64,000 bases of DNA from a candidate division TA06 bacterium. GTDB taxonomy: Bacteria; Hydrothermota; DG-26; E44-bin18. The notes under the pieces were generated by a model that saw nothing but the letters and a program-made list of their open reading frames with translations, was not told the DNA's origin and searched no databases. A program made the translations under genes and the position numbers. How positions within the stretch are numbered: position 1 is the stretch's first letter; each line of letters opens with the position of its first letter. The DNA lies in NCBI GenBank assembly GCA_004376575.1, contig SOJN01000075.1, positions 15,842-79,841 of the forward strand, read 5' to 3'. Below are positions 48,479-58,946 of the stretch, piece by piece.

Positions 48479-48706
48479 CTATCTATAGAACCTGGACACG
48501 TACGGAAGCAGCGCCATCTCTCTGGCCCTCTTGATGGCCCGAGAGAGTTGCCTCTGGTGTTTTGCACAGACACCGGTGACCCGGCGCGGAATAATCTTTC
48601 CTCTTTCCGACACGAATCTTCGAAGCTTCCTTACATCCTGATAAGGAATCTTATCAACTTTATCCATGCAGAACCTGCAACGCCTCTTTCTTCTTTCTTC
48701 GAACAT
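48479..48706 (-). CDS. rpsR: 30S ribosomal protein S18
   Basis: 75 aa; 'CRFC...[38 protein letters not shown]'. Confidence 0.95.
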   Translation of the reverse strand: MFEERRKRRCRFCMDKVDKIPYQDVRKLRRFVSERGKIIPRRVTGVCAKHQRQLSRAIKRAREMALLPYVSRFYR

Positions 48707-48720
48707 CTCACCCCCTGCTA

Positions 48721-49143
48721 TTAAAAGGGAACCTGTTCATCTGCCATCGGTGTATCACCTTCTGAGACCTCAGAAGGAATTCTCTTCTCCGGACCACCAA
48801 CTCTATCCAGGAACTGTACCCTTTGTGCGACTATCTCCAGTACAGACCTTTTCTGACCATCTTCCGTTTCCCACGAGCGGCTCTGCAACCTCCCCTCCAC
48901 AAGAACCGCACTCCCTTTCTTCAAGTATTCGCCGCAGTTCTCAGCAGTCTTCTTCCAGGTGACAACATTCACAAAGGTCGGATCATCTCTCCACTCTCCG
49001 GACTGATCCTTAAACCTCCTGCCGGACGCCAGCCTGAAGTTGCAGACAGCCGTCCCGGACGGTGTGTAACGGAGATCAGGATCTCTCGTTAAACGCCCGG
49101 CAATCAGAACATGATTAAGCGACGGGAATTTCAAATCAGCCAT
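48721..49143 (-). CDS. ssb: single-stranded DNA-binding protein
   Basis: Start at '[30 protein letters not shown]' OB-fold; acidic C-terminal tail ending 'DEQVPF'. Confidence 0.9.
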   Translation of the reverse strand: MADLKFPSLNHVLIAGRLTRDPDLRYTPSGTAVCNFRLASGRRFKDQSGEWRDDPTFVNVVTWKKTAENCGEYLKKGSAVLVEGRLQSRSWETEDGQKRSVLEIVAQRVQFLDRVGGPEKRIPSEVSEGDTPMADEQVPF

Positions 49144-49164
49144 CAGGTTCACCTCCAAATCGAT

Positions 49165-49512
49165 CTAGCTCTTCTCGTCCCCGCCCTTATCTCCAGTGTC
49201 AGGGACTTCCTCCGCGCTCGCCTGCTCGCTCGCGCCCGATAAGACTATCCTCTGTCTGAGCACCTGTTCATCCAGTTGAAGCTCTCTTCGCAACTCTGGA
49301 AGCACGGAAGGTTCGCTCTGGAATCTGAATAGCACGTATATCCCGTTCCGCTCCTTTGCTATCTCATAGCTCAAAGGCTTCGTTCCCCATCTGTTTATTT
49401 CAGTCACAGTGCCGTCGTTTTTTATCAGTCCGGAAACCTTTTCGATCTCCTCTTCCAGACCAGCCTCTTCAAGGGCTGGCCTGAAAATGACAATCATTTC
49501 GTATTCTCTCAA
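49165..49512 (-). CDS. rpsF: 30S ribosomal protein S6
   Basis: 115 aa; 'MREYEMIVIFRP' and rpsF-ssb-rpsR-rplI operon order. Confidence 0.9.
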   Translation of the reverse strand: MREYEMIVIFRPALEEAGLEEEIEKVSGLIKNDGTVTEINRWGTKPLSYEIAKERNGIYVLFRFQSEPSVLPELRRELQLDEQVLRQRIVLSGASEQASAEEVPDTGDKGGDEKS

Positions 49513-49586
49513 GTATTCACCCCTTTTTCAGGTAGACAGTATTAAAAGCGATTATCCTTGCAGATTCAAGTGAAAAATGTTTTTGA

Positions 49587-50654
49587 TCATACGTGAAACC
49601 TGACTAGAATGACATCTCCGTCTTGAACTATGTAGTCCTTGCCTTCTGTTCTCATAAGACCACGGTTCTTCACTTCCTGCATGGCCCCAGATTTCTCAAG
49701 ATCAGAAAAGGACACCACTTCAGCCTTGATGAAGCCTTTCTCCAGGTCGCTGTGGACCTTTCCGGCAGCTTCCGTGACTCTGGAATTAACAGGAAGGTGC
49801 CACGCTCTCGTTTCAGGTCCCTTGATTGTATAAAACGTGATGAGGTTCAACAGAAGAAAACTCTCCAGAACGAGCTGAGCAAGGCCATAACCTTCCAGTC
49901 CGAGTTCCCGCCTCATCACCTTTCTCTCCTGTCTTTCAAATTCTGCAAGCTCAAGTTCGCCTTTTGCGCATACTGCGCAGGCTCTGGCCATCCTCTCTTT
50001 CGCATACTGCTTTACGCTTTCAAGCTCAGAGAAGTTATGTGAAGAAATGTCACCCTCATCCATGTTCATAACATAGAGCACAGGCTTTGCAGAAAGCAGA
50101 CCCGTGGGGGGGCCATCTATCGCTGCCAGAGAACCTCCAGAGTCCAGAATTTGTCTTGCCTCAAGCATGGACTGAAGAGAAGACTCGGCCTCCCTGTCGC
50201 CCTTTTCTGCACCCTTCTTTGCCTTCTCTATCCTTACGTCAAGGCTTTCCATGTCTGCCAGCGCGAGTTCAGTGGAGACGACTTCGGCATCTCTCAAGGG
50301 ATCAACAGACCCGTCAACGTGTGCTACCCCGCCCTTTCTGAAACACCTCAGAACATGCAGGATGCAATCAACCTCTCTTATGTGTGCAAGGAACGTATTT
50401 CCGAGACCTTCACCCTTGCTTGAGCCCTTGACCAGGCCAGCAATATCGACAAATTGTATGCGGGCCCCCGTCAGCTTCTCGGGCTTCATCAATTCCCCGA
50501 GTCTCTTCAGCCTCTCATCAGGGACCTCTGCTATTCCAACGTTTTTGTCAACAGTGGTAAACGGGTAGTCGGCAACTTGTGCATTTGCGCGAGTCAGCGC
50601 ATTAAACAGAGTTGACTTGCCGACGTTAGGAAGACCAACTATTCCAATCTGCAT
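49587..50654 (-). CDS. ychF: ribosome-binding ATPase YchF
   Basis: True start at '[21 protein letters not shown]' (internal Met of the longer ORF); ATG overlaps the hppA TGA (ATGA); C-terminal TGS domain. Confidence 0.9.
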   Translation of the reverse strand: MQIGIVGLPNVGKSTLFNALTRANAQVADYPFTTVDKNVGIAEVPDERLKRLGELMKPEKLTGARIQFVDIAGLVKGSSKGEGLGNTFLAHIREVDCILHVLRCFRKGGVAHVDGSVDPLRDAEVVSTELALADMESLDVRIEKAKKGAEKGDREAESSLQSMLEARQILDSGGSLAAIDGPPTGLLSAKPVLYVMNMDEGDISSHNFSELESVKQYAKERMARACAVCAKGELELAEFERQERKVMRRELGLEGYGLAQLVLESFLLLNLITFYTIKGPETRAWHLPVNSRVTEAAGKVHSDLEKGFIKAEVVSFSDLEKSGAMQEVKNRGLMRTEGKDYIVQDGDVILVRFHV

Positions 50655-52684
50655 CAATGGAACAACCCAATGTGTTTGTTGAGCAAGACTATGAGTGGAG
50701 CAAAAACCAAAGAGACAACGGCCATGAGTTTGAGCAGTATGTTCATGGAGGGTGCTGAGGTGTCCTTGAACGGGTCTCCCACAGTATCCCCCACGACGGC
50801 GTTCTTGTGAGGATCTGAACCTTTTCCTCCCAGGTTCCCCTTCTCTATCCACTTCTTCGCGTTGTCCCAGGCACCTCCAGAATTGGCCATAAACACTGCA
50901 AGCGGAACTCCCACCACAAGGGACCCGGCGAGGAGTCCGCCCAGGGCCTCAGTCCCGAAGAAGATGCCCACCACCAAGGGGATCAAAACTGCAAGGATTC
51001 CAGGAAGTATCATCTCTCTCAATGCACCGCGGGTCGTTATGTCCACGCACCTTGCATACTCTGGCCTGGCTTCACCTTCCATGAGCCCCTTTATCTCTCT
51101 AAACTGTCTTCTCACCTCCTCAACAACCCTGAAGGCAGACCTTCCCACCGCCTTCATGGTGGCAGATGCGAAGACATATGGTACTACCCCTCCAATAAAG
51201 AGTCCGGCGATGACAGTTGCTTTCATCATATTAATCTCAGGCAGTTTTGACACCTTTATGTATGCTGAGAAAAGAGCCAGGGCAGTGAGCGCAGCAGAAC
51301 CTATGGCGAACCCCTTGGCGATGGCGGCCGTGGTGTTGCCTGCAGCGTCGAGAGAATCTGTTATTTCTCTCACCTCTGGCGGCAATTTCGCCATTTCAGC
51401 AATGCCTCCTGCGTTGTCTGCTATTGGCCCGTACGCATCAACCGATATGGTTATGCCTGCAATGCTGAGCATACCAATTCCCGCCAGGGCAATACCATAG
51501 AACCCTTCCAGCTTGAATGCAATCACTATGGCAGCGGCAATAGCCACAATCGGTATTACGGTGCTCGTCATTCCAGTTGCCAGACCTGCGATAATATTCG
51601 TGGCTGCCCCGGTCTTTGCCGAACTGGCAATCTCTCTGATAGCCTTGCCCGACGTGTAGTACTCCGCGGTAAATCCTATTATGAGACCGCATAGAACCCC
51701 TGCCAGAACGGCGAAGAAGGTTTCGATCCGCCCGAACCAGAGCGTGCACAGGACTAAAGCTCCCACAATGAAGAGTACCGCACTGGCAATTGTCCCATTC
51801 CTCAAGGCACGCTGAGCATCAGACTTTGAATGGACAAAGAAGACGCCGAGAATTGAAGCGAGCAGCCCAACACAGACGAGGAAGAAGACAAGAAGGATCC
51901 TGTCTATGCTCTTCATTGCGGCGGCAATCACTATCCCGGCGATGATGGAGCCGACATACGATTCGTACAGATCAGCACCCATTCCCGCTACATCCCCCAC
52001 GTTGTCTCCAACATTGTCGGCGATTGTTGCCGGATTTCGGGGATCGTCTTCTGGTATGCCCGCCTCAACCTTGCCAACAAGGTCAGCACCAACGTCCGCT
52101 GCTTTAGTGTAGATGCCTCCACCGACCCTGGCGAAGAGAGCAACTGAACTTGCGCCCATGCTGAATCCGGCCATGGCTCCAGTGGCCCAAAGTACTCTGG
52201 TCATAAGTTCACCACCAAGGCTCGTGTATATGAAATACGTGAGCGAAAGTGCAAAAAGGCCCAGGCCTACTACGGTAAGGCCCATTACTGAGCCGCCGAG
52301 AAATGCAACAGAAAGCGCCTGATTCAATCCGCTTCTTGCGGCCTCAGCGGTCCTGGTGTTTGCCCGGGTGGAAGTCCTAAGGCCAAAAAAACCTGAAGCC
52401 ATTGAACAACCTGCTCCGACTACGTAGGCGATGGCGGTGGCAAATGCGAACCCAGCACCCTGAGACCGCAATCCAAGGGCAAGCAGTATGAATACCGCGC
52501 AGACAAAAATGAGTATGGCCAGATACTCACGTTTCAGGAAGGCCATGGCGCCCTCATAGATTGCGAGCGATATGTAAACCATCTCTTTTGAACCAGGATC
52601 ATGCCTCATGACCCTTACAGCCATTATTATTGCAAAGGCGACTCCAATGAGCCCCACGCCGACGGGCAAAAGGAGTAGTTTCAT
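50654..52684 (-). CDS. hppA: membrane-bound proton-translocating pyrophosphatase
   Basis: 676 aa, about 16 TM; '[17 protein letters not shown]', '[17 protein letters not shown]', '[15 protein letters not shown]' V-PPase motifs. Confidence 0.95.
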   Translation of the reverse strand: MKLLLLPVGVGLIGVAFAIIMAVRVMRHDPGSKEMVYISLAIYEGAMAFLKREYLAILIFVCAVFILLALGLRSQGAGFAFATAIAYVVGAGCSMASGFFGLRTSTRANTRTAEAARSGLNQALSVAFLGGSVMGLTVVGLGLFALSLTYFIYTSLGGELMTRVLWATGAMAGFSMGASSVALFARVGGGIYTKAADVGADLVGKVEAGIPEDDPRNPATIADNVGDNVGDVAGMGADLYESYVGSIIAGIVIAAAMKSIDRILLVFFLVCVGLLASILGVFFVHSKSDAQRALRNGTIASAVLFIVGALVLCTLWFGRIETFFAVLAGVLCGLIIGFTAEYYTSGKAIREIASSAKTGAATNIIAGLATGMTSTVIPIVAIAAAIVIAFKLEGFYGIALAGIGMLSIAGITISVDAYGPIADNAGGIAEMAKLPPEVREITDSLDAAGNTTAAIAKGFAIGSAALTALALFSAYIKVSKLPEINMMKATVIAGLFIGGVVPYVFASATMKAVGRSAFRVVEEVRRQFREIKGLMEGEARPEYARCVDITTRGALREMILPGILAVLIPLVVGIFFGTEALGGLLAGSLVVGVPLAVFMANSGGAWDNAKKWIEKGNLGGKGSDPHKNAVVGDTVGDPFKDTSAPSMNILLKLMAVVSLVFAPLIVLLNKHIGLFH

Positions 52685-52691
52685 CTCCTAT

Positions 52692-53267
52692 TCAACCTCC
52701 ATCATTTCTGTTCACTAAAGACATAGCTTTTTCTACACCGTGCTCTAAGAAAAACACTGTGGCCCGCTCTGCCTCTTCCAGCAAGAGAGGCAGCCTCTCT
52801 TTTTCCTCGGGCTCAAATTCGGCCAGAACATATTCTGTAAGGTCCGAACAGGGAGGCTTCCCGATGCCGATGCGCAGCCTGGGAAACCCCTCCGACTGGA
52901 GGTGGTAGATAACAGATTCCAGTCCGTGATGTCCTCCGTGCTGCCCTTTTTTCCTGAGCCTAATCTTGCCAAACGGGAGTTCGCACTCATCACAGATGAC
53001 CAGGAGATCCTCCAGTTCAACACCAAATCTCGCACACGCATCTGAAACTGCAATTCCGCTGTTGTTCACATAGGTCAAAGGCTTAACAAGGTAAACACAC
53101 TTGCTAGAATAGTCAGCGCGACCAACAAGGTATTCCTCAGTGCCGGGGCAAGTCTCTGCGGCAAAGACCAGGCTCAGCCTATCCAGAACCATACTGCCCA
53201 GATTGTGTCTGGTGTGCGCATAACGGTTGCCTGGATTGCCGAGCCCACACAGAAGAGCGGATTTCAA
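52692..53267 (-). CDS. pth: peptidyl-tRNA hydrolase
   Basis: 191 aa; 'LLCGLGNPGNRYAHTRHNLG' with catalytic His. Confidence 0.95.
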   Translation of the reverse strand: MKSALLCGLGNPGNRYAHTRHNLGSMVLDRLSLVFAAETCPGTEEYLVGRADYSSKCVYLVKPLTYVNNSGIAVSDACARFGVELEDLLVICDECELPFGKIRLRKKGQHGGHHGLESVIYHLQSEGFPRLRIGIGKPPCSDLTEYVLAEFEPEEKERLPLLLEEAERATVFFLEHGVEKAMSLVNRNDGG

Positions 53268-53941
53268 CTCTTTTCCCGACCCTCTTTCTTCTCCTTTTCC
53301 TCCTCCGCCTTCTCTTCCTCTTTTTCTTCCTCAGCCGCAGCCTCCTCCTCGGGAACCTCCTCTGCGGCGACAGGAACCTCAACCTTCGCCTTCGGGACAA
53401 GGATGCTCACTACGGGCATCTCTGAATCATCCAGAATCTTCAGTGCACCCGTAGCAAGGTCCTTAACGTGGAGCAAGTCACCGAGCCCCAGCTGGCTGAT
53501 GTCTATCACCAGATGGTCCGGAAGCTGAGACGGCAGGCACCTGACCTCCACTTTCCTTAATATGTGTTCCAGTATCCCACCTTCCTTAACCCCTGGCGAT
53601 GACCCTGTCAGAATTATAGGCACCTGAACTGTCAGCACCTCTCCGGCATGCACGTGCTGGAAATCTACGTGCATGATCTCCCTGCTGACCGGGTCTCTCT
53701 GAATCTCCTTGAGCACAGCTTTCGCATCTTCGCGTCCTTCAATTTTAACGTTGAATATGATATTGTCGCCGGAGCTCTTCTCCAGAATCTGACTCAAGGC
53801 TTTGCTTTCAATGGCTAGGGGAATTGCAGATTCACCGTGACCATACATCACACCGGGGACGTAGCCCTTTTTCCTCAGTTTTTTTCCAGCCTGTTTGCCC
53901 TTTTCTTCTCTCACCGTAGCATTCAAATCACGCTCAGCCAT
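53264..53941 (-). CDS. rplY: 50S ribosomal protein L25 / general stress protein Ctc, with acidic C-terminal tail
   Basis: 225 aa; 'RKKGYVPGVMYGHGE' L25 N-domain; C-terminal 'EEAAAEEEKEEEKAEEEKEKKEG' low complexity. Confidence 0.9.
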   Translation of the reverse strand: MAERDLNATVREEKGKQAGKKLRKKGYVPGVMYGHGESAIPLAIESKALSQILEKSSGDNIIFNVKIEGREDAKAVLKEIQRDPVSREIMHVDFQHVHAGEVLTVQVPIILTGSSPGVKEGGILEHILRKVEVRCLPSQLPDHLVIDISQLGLGDLLHVKDLATGALKILDDSEMPVVSILVPKAKVEVPVAAEEVPEEEAAAEEEKEEEKAEEEKEKKEGREKS

Positions 53942-53955
53942 ATGTACCTCTCATT

Positions 53956-54900
53956 CTATTTGAAAAGGCTGCTTACTGACCTGTTCTCATGAATTCTTCT
54001 GATCGCCTCAGACAGAAGTCTAGACACGGATACCACATTGAACTTTCTCTTCGCAACACCGTCTCTCAGAGGGATAGTGTCGGTTACTACCACATCGTCA
54101 ATTGGCCCCTTGATGATTTTTTTCACAGCATCCTTCGAAAGAAGCGGATGTACACAGTAGACAAAAATCTTTCTGGCGCCAGCTTCCTTGAGAGCAGCGC
54201 AGGCGCTGACTACCGTGCCTCCAGTGTCCAGTATGTCATCAAGAAGCAGGCAGTCTTTTTCACGCACAGTCCCTATTACGTTCAAAGTCGCAGAGACATT
54301 TGGCCGTGGGCGCTGCTTCTCTATCACTGCCACCCCAACACGTCCCAGTCTGTTGGCAAAGTGTCTCGCACGCTTGGCGCCACCCAAGTCCGGCGAGACC
54401 ACAACCAACCTTTTGAGATTCTTTTGTGTTCTCCTTACATGCTGGGCAAAAATAGGAGCCGCATATAGATGGTCAACAGGGACATCAAAATAGCCTTGAA
54501 TCTGGTCTGCGTGTAAATCCATGGTCAGGACTCTGTCGGCGCCGGCAGTCGATATCAAATTCGAAATAAGTTTGGCCGAGATGGGCATTCTTGGTTCATC
54601 CTTTTTGTCCTGCCTCGCGTACCCAAAATAGGGAATCACCGCAGTCACCCTTGAAGCCGAAGCCCTCTTTGCCGCATCTATCAACAGGAGGAGTTCAAGA
54701 AGATTTTCAGCAGGAGGAAAGGTGGGCTGTATTATGAATACATCTTCACCTCTCACGTTCTCACTCAGCTTCACCCATATTTCGCCATCAGCAAACCGAT
54801 CTGTCGGTCTTTTGCCCAGCTTCTTACTCAAGTTCTTGCATATCTTCAAAGCAAGATTTTCGTGAGCATTGCCAGAGAATATCTTAATCTTTCCAGCCAT
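53956..54900 (-). CDS. prs: ribose-phosphate pyrophosphokinase
   Basis: 314 aa; 'DGEIWVKLSENVRGEDVFIIQ', PRPP-binding 'LLLDDILDTGGT'. Confidence 0.95.
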   Translation of the reverse strand: MAGKIKIFSGNAHENLALKICKNLSKKLGKRPTDRFADGEIWVKLSENVRGEDVFIIQPTFPPAENLLELLLLIDAAKRASASRVTAVIPYFGYARQDKKDEPRMPISAKLISNLISTAGADRVLTMDLHADQIQGYFDVPVDHLYAAPIFAQHVRRTQKNLKRLVVVSPDLGGAKRARHFANRLGRVGVAVIEKQRPRPNVSATLNVIGTVREKDCLLLDDILDTGGTVVSACAALKEAGARKIFVYCVHPLLSKDAVKKIIKGPIDDVVVTDTIPLRDGVAKRKFNVVSVSRLLSEAIRRIHENRSVSSLFK

Positions 54901-54970
54901 AACCCCTTCCCAACTTTTTCGCCGTCTCCAGTCCGCGCCAGAGACGACAGTCTATGAATGTGAACTCAGA

Positions 54971-55041
54971 ACTGGGGCGGGAGGATTCGAACCTCCGTTA
55001 CGGGAACCAAAATCCCGGGGCTTGCCACTTGCCGACGCCCC
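54971..55041 (-). tRNA. tRNA-Gln (anticodon TTG)
   Basis: Reverse complement TGGGGCGTCGGCAAGTGGCAAGCCCCGGGATTTTGGTTCCCGTAACGGAGGTTCGAATCCTCCCGCCCCA(G); U1:A72 acceptor pair and G73 as in bacterial tRNA-Gln; anticodon stem CGGGA/TCCCG with loop TTTTGGT; T-loop GGTTCGAATCC; no encoded CCA. Confidence 0.85.
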
Positions 55042-55079
55042 AAAGATCCATGTCAAATCAAGATTCGAACGAATCCACA

Positions 55080-55931
55080 TCAGCATGTTGTAGTCTCCCA
55101 AGCAGCCAGTCCTTCTTTGGTGAACTGTGATACAATTGTTCGACCAGAGTCTCTCCCCTCGACTACACAGAAAACACATGAACCGCTACCAGAGAGCAGG
55201 GCGCCTAAAGCTCCCAGTTGTAACATCATTTTCTTCATGTCAAACAGATCCGGATAATGTCCGAATACCACCTCCTCAAAAGAGTTATAAAGCCTTTTGC
55301 AAAGGGTGGATAAGTCCCCCCGCTCGAGCGCGCTGGCCAAAATCTTAATATCAAAGTCAGGTCGTGTCAACCCCGAATTCGCCTTTTGATAGGCCCAACC
55401 GGTAGAGATGGGAAACCCGGGAAAGACAACTACGAGATTCAGCTGCTTTTTTACATCCATGCGTTGCAGCCTGTCGCCCCTTCCAGTTGCCAGCGCAGTC
55501 CCTCCTCTTATGAAGAAGGGCACATCGCTTCCCAGAATCCTCGCTATTCCACACATCTTCTCCTCGTCCAAGCCAAGATCGAACAGGCGGTTTAAGCCTT
55601 TTATCGTCGCTGCTGCATTTGAGCTCGCACCACCCAAGCCTCCTCCCGAAGGTATCTTCTTGTCTATCTTTATCCTCACCCCCCTGGTCGAGTCCGCAGC
55701 TTCCAGCGTCATCTTCGCAGCGGCAAAAGCTAGATTCTCCTGTCCCTCAGGGACACCGGGAGTGTCGCAGACCACCTCTATCCCTGCACTCGTCTCATCA
55801 ATCTCAATCTCGTCACTCAAGTCTATCGTTTGAAGAATCGTCTCAACATCATGGTAACCATCGCTTCTCTTCCCCACGATGCGAAGACCAAGGTTCACCT
55901 TTGCACAGGATTTCATGCTGAGCAGGGGCAT
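55080..55931 (-). CDS. ispE: 4-diphosphocytidyl-2-C-methyl-D-erythritol kinase
   Basis: 283 aa GHMP kinase; 'AKVNLGLRIVGKRSDGYH', 'PSGGGLGGASSNAAA'. Confidence 0.9.
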   Translation of the reverse strand: MPLLSMKSCAKVNLGLRIVGKRSDGYHDVETILQTIDLSDEIEIDETSAGIEVVCDTPGVPEGQENLAFAAAKMTLEAADSTRGVRIKIDKKIPSGGGLGGASSNAAATIKGLNRLFDLGLDEEKMCGIARILGSDVPFFIRGGTALATGRGDRLQRMDVKKQLNLVVVFPGFPISTGWAYQKANSGLTRPDFDIKILASALERGDLSTLCKRLYNSFEEVVFGHYPDLFDMKKMMLQLGALGALLSGSGSCVFCVVEGRDSGRTIVSQFTKEGLAAWETTTC

Positions 55932-56530
55932 CAGGCGAACTCCGACTCGACAAGCTCACATAGTATGTGGCCAATGGTGATGTGACACTCTTGAATGCGG
56001 GCAACAGAAGATGATCCGACCTTGATGAGGAGCTCGCAGTTCTCGGCCATCTTTTCTCCGTGCTCGCCGGTAAGGCCAATCGTATGGATCCCCATACTGT
56101 GTGCCATTTCAAGAGCCTTGAGGATATTAGGCGATTTTCCACTTGTGCTGATGGCAATAAGGATATCTCCCTGCCCGCCCAGAGCCTCGATCTGTCTTGA
56201 GAATAGCACATCAAAGCCTTCATCATTGGGAACGGCCGTGAGTATGGAGGTGTCTGTGGTCAACGCGACTGCCGGAAGGGCCTTCCTCTTTTTCGCGAAC
56301 TTCCCAACAAGCTCGCAGGCGATGTGCTGGCTATCCGCAGCGCTACCCCCGTTCCCGCAGAGCATCACTTTGTGGCCGGCCTTGATCGCATCAACCAGAA
56401 GCTTCGCAGCTTCCAGAATCTCATCCGCTAGCCTTAAGAGTCCCAGTTTCACCTTAGCGCTTTCCTCGAGTACAGACTTAATCATCCTGGATTTGTCCTC
56501 AACCATTTGATCCACCTCCGCTCCGTCCAT
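55931..56530 (-). CDS. gmhA: D-sedoheptulose-7-phosphate isomerase (SIS domain phosphoheptose isomerase)
   Basis: 199 aa; 'KVMLCGNGGSAADSQHIACEL', 'ISTSGKSPNIL'. Confidence 0.85.
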   Translation of the reverse strand: MDGAEVDQMVEDKSRMIKSVLEESAKVKLGLLRLADEILEAAKLLVDAIKAGHKVMLCGNGGSAADSQHIACELVGKFAKKRKALPAVALTTDTSILTAVPNDEGFDVLFSRQIEALGGQGDILIAISTSGKSPNILKALEMAHSMGIHTIGLTGEHGEKMAENCELLIKVGSSSVARIQECHITIGHILCELVESEFA

Positions 56531-57356
56531 CCAGATACTCCTCCAAAGCTTCTTCCCAACTCCTCAAATATCCTCCGAAGGTCTGAGCATAAGTTTTATT
56601 GTCCAGAACTGAATAGGCTGGCCTGTTTGCTGGCCTTGCCGAAAGGCTGGTCTTTATCCTCTTTATTGTACAACCCTTAATACCTGCTTGCTTGCAGATA
56701 CTCACTGCAAAGTCATACCAACTGCACTCCCCGTTGTTTGTCACATGGTAGATGCCGAATTTCTTTGTCTCGATTATCTTCTTCAAGGCCAACGCCAGGT
56801 CTTTTGTGTATGTCGGATTCCCTCTCTGATCGTCCACCACTTCCAGGAATTCCTTCTCTCCGGCAAGAGTCAGGATTTTCTCCACGAAGTTCCGGCCTCC
56901 CTCTCCGAAGAGCCAGGAGGATCTGACTGTATAGTTATGACTGACAATCCTCTCCACAAACCATTCTCCTATCAGTTTTGTTCTTCCATACATGTTCAAC
57001 GGGCCGGGTTTGTCATCTTCCGAGTAGGGTCTGTCTGCTTGACCGTCAAACACATAGTCAGTGCTCACGTAAAGCATCGGGCACTTAGCCTCCTTGCAGG
57101 CAACAGCAACGTTCCTTGTGGCCACCACATTGAACCGATATGCCTTCTCGGGATCGGTCTCGCAATCATCAACATGGGTGAATGCGGCAAGATGGCACAC
57201 AATCTCAGGTCGCGTTTTGACTATCATTGCTGTGCAAGACGTTTCAGAGAGATCAAAGTCGGTTATGTCCACCCCTGTGACAGCATGGGCTTCCTTCAAA
57301 CTCTCACAAAGAGCTCTCCCAAGCATCCCCGCTGCCCCTGTCACCAATACCCTCAT
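56499..57356 (-). CDS. rfbD: dTDP-4-dehydrorhamnose reductase
   Basis: 285 aa; 'MRVLVTGAAGMLGRAL' Rossmann; 'YVSTDYVFDG', 'YGRTK' catalytic triad region. Confidence 0.85.
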   Translation of the reverse strand: MRVLVTGAAGMLGRALCESLKEAHAVTGVDITDFDLSETSCTAMIVKTRPEIVCHLAAFTHVDDCETDPEKAYRFNVVATRNVAVACKEAKCPMLYVSTDYVFDGQADRPYSEDDKPGPLNMYGRTKLIGEWFVERIVSHNYTVRSSWLFGEGGRNFVEKILTLAGEKEFLEVVDDQRGNPTYTKDLALALKKIIETKKFGIYHVTNNGECSWYDFAVSICKQAGIKGCTIKRIKTSLSARPANRPAYSVLDNKTYAQTFGGYLRSWEEALEEYLDGRSGGGSNG

Positions 57357-57402
57357 TCCCTCTTCTCGCCCACCATTTGTAATTCGTAATTTGAAATTTC
57401 AT

Positions 57403-58158
57403 TCATCTTTTTCTCTTCCGCCTCATCTCTCTCACCTTGTTATTCACCTGCAGCAGACCATCGATGGATGAGCCGGCATCTCCCCACCATCCATCAACTA
57501 CATCGTAACACATCTGACTGCGTTTGATATAGACGTTGTTCACATCGGTTATTTCCAGTTCCCCTCTTCCTGAAGGTTTCAACTTTCTTATTACTTCAAA
57601 CACGTTCGAATCGTACATGTAGACTCCAATCACTGCAAAATGTGACTTCGGTCTCTTGGGTTTCTCCACCACACTCACAATCTTCTTTCCTCTAATCTCG
57701 GCGACACCATAGTCCTGGGGTTTATCCACCTCTTTCAAAAGTATCCTTGCTCCTTTCTTCTGCTTCCTGAACTTCCGGACAGAGGAGGCTATCGACTTCT
57801 CCAGCAGGTTATCGCCAAGCATGACCACTATCTTCCCACCCTCAGCAAAGTGCTCCGCCAACCCCACCGCTTGGGCGATCCCTCCCTCTTTTTCCTGATA
57901 GGCATACTGTATCCTCACAAGGCCAAACCCTCTTCCATCGCCGAGCAGTCTCAGAAAATCGCCGGCACTGTTGCCACCAGTGACTAGCAGTACCTCTCTT
58001 ACGCCCGCATCTACCAGCGTTTGTATGGGGTAGTATATCATCGGCCTGTCATAGACAGGCAATAGATGCTTGTTCGTAATCTTGGTCAGGGGATAGAGCC
58101 TCTTCCCCAGACCACCAGCAAGAATAACCCCTCGCACATGAACCTCCTTGCAAGGCAC
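57403..58158 (-). CDS. sugar-1-phosphate nucleotidyltransferase (RmlA/HddC-like, short form)
   Basis: 251 aa; 'GVILAGGLGKRLYPLTKITNKHLLPV' NTP-transferase motif; nucleotide and sugar specificity cannot be read from sequence. Confidence 0.7.
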   Translation of the reverse strand: MPCKEVHVRGVILAGGLGKRLYPLTKITNKHLLPVYDRPMIYYPIQTLVDAGVREVLLVTGGNSAGDFLRLLGDGRGFGLVRIQYAYQEKEGGIAQAVGLAEHFAEGGKIVVMLGDNLLEKSIASSVRKFRKQKKGARILLKEVDKPQDYGVAEIRGKKIVSVVEKPKRPKSHFAVIGVYMYDSNVFEVIRKLKPSGRGELEITDVNNVYIKRSQMCYDVVDGWWGDAGSSIDGLLQVNNKVREMRRKRKR

Positions 58159-58175
58159 CCGTAAGCTTCAGTTTT

Positions 58176-58946
58176 CTAATTCTCAGGCTTTCTATGTATG
58201 GCCTGTCTGAATTCCGCCACCAGAGTTGGATCCTGTTCTATCATGTTTCCGGTCACCACGAAGTCGGCCCCAGCTTCCACCTTCTTGCTCGCGTTCTCAG
58301 GACTTCTGATCCCACCCCCTATTATAAGGGGAAGTCCGGTTTCTGACTTCACCTTCTCTATCATCTTTTCAGGCACCGACAGTTTTGCTCCGCTTCCCGC
58401 ATCCATATATATCATCCTCATGCCCAGATACTTGGCGGCCAGTGCATGTGCAACAGCACAATCAATGTCATCTCTGTCTATGGGATCTGTTCGGCTCTCC
58501 ACGGCAACCGACGTCTGGGATCCTGAACCAACGATGATGTAGCCCACAGGAATCGTTTCAAGGCCCATCTCTCTTATTATGGGTGCTGCCTTCACATGTT
58601 CCTCTATCAAATATCTTGGGTTTCTCCCACTGACCAGCGAAAGAAAAAAAACGGCATCAGCGTTCTCGTTCAACTGATCTGCGTTGCCGGGGAAGACGAT
58701 GATGGGAAGGTTTGTGTTGGATTTCACTTTCGTTACGAAGTCATCGAAGATTCGCCTGCGCACAGACGATCCACCAATGAGTATTGCATCTGCACCATTC
58801 TTTGTTATTGACGTAACGACATCTTCTATCCTGAGACTGTATCTACCTTCAGGGTCAAGAAGAACAAAATAGCCAGCACCGTTCTTCCTGACCGAATCCA
58901 TAAGATACTTGAATACCGAACCCGACTGAGATTCCATGGATTTCAC
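58176..58946 (-). CDS. PcrB/GGGPS-family (hepta/geranylgeranyl)glyceryl phosphate synthase (glycerol-1-phosphate prenyltransferase)
   Basis: 256 aa; 'GADAILIGGS' and C-terminal 'LPLIIGGGIRSPENASKKVEAGADFVVTGNMIE' align by eye with B. subtilis PcrB 'DAVIIGGS' / 'FYGGGIKDAETAKQYAEHADVIVVGNAVYE'; ATG overlaps the stop of the upstream reductase. Confidence 0.8.
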   Translation of the reverse strand: MKSMESQSGSVFKYLMDSVRKNGAGYFVLLDPEGRYSLRIEDVVTSITKNGADAILIGGSSVRRRIFDDFVTKVKSNTNLPIIVFPGNADQLNENADAVFFLSLVSGRNPRYLIEEHVKAAPIIREMGLETIPVGYIIVGSGSQTSVAVESRTDPIDRDDIDCAVAHALAAKYLGMRMIYMDAGSGAKLSVPEKMIEKVKSETGLPLIIGGGIRSPENASKKVEAGADFVVTGNMIEQDPTLVAEFRQAIHRKPEN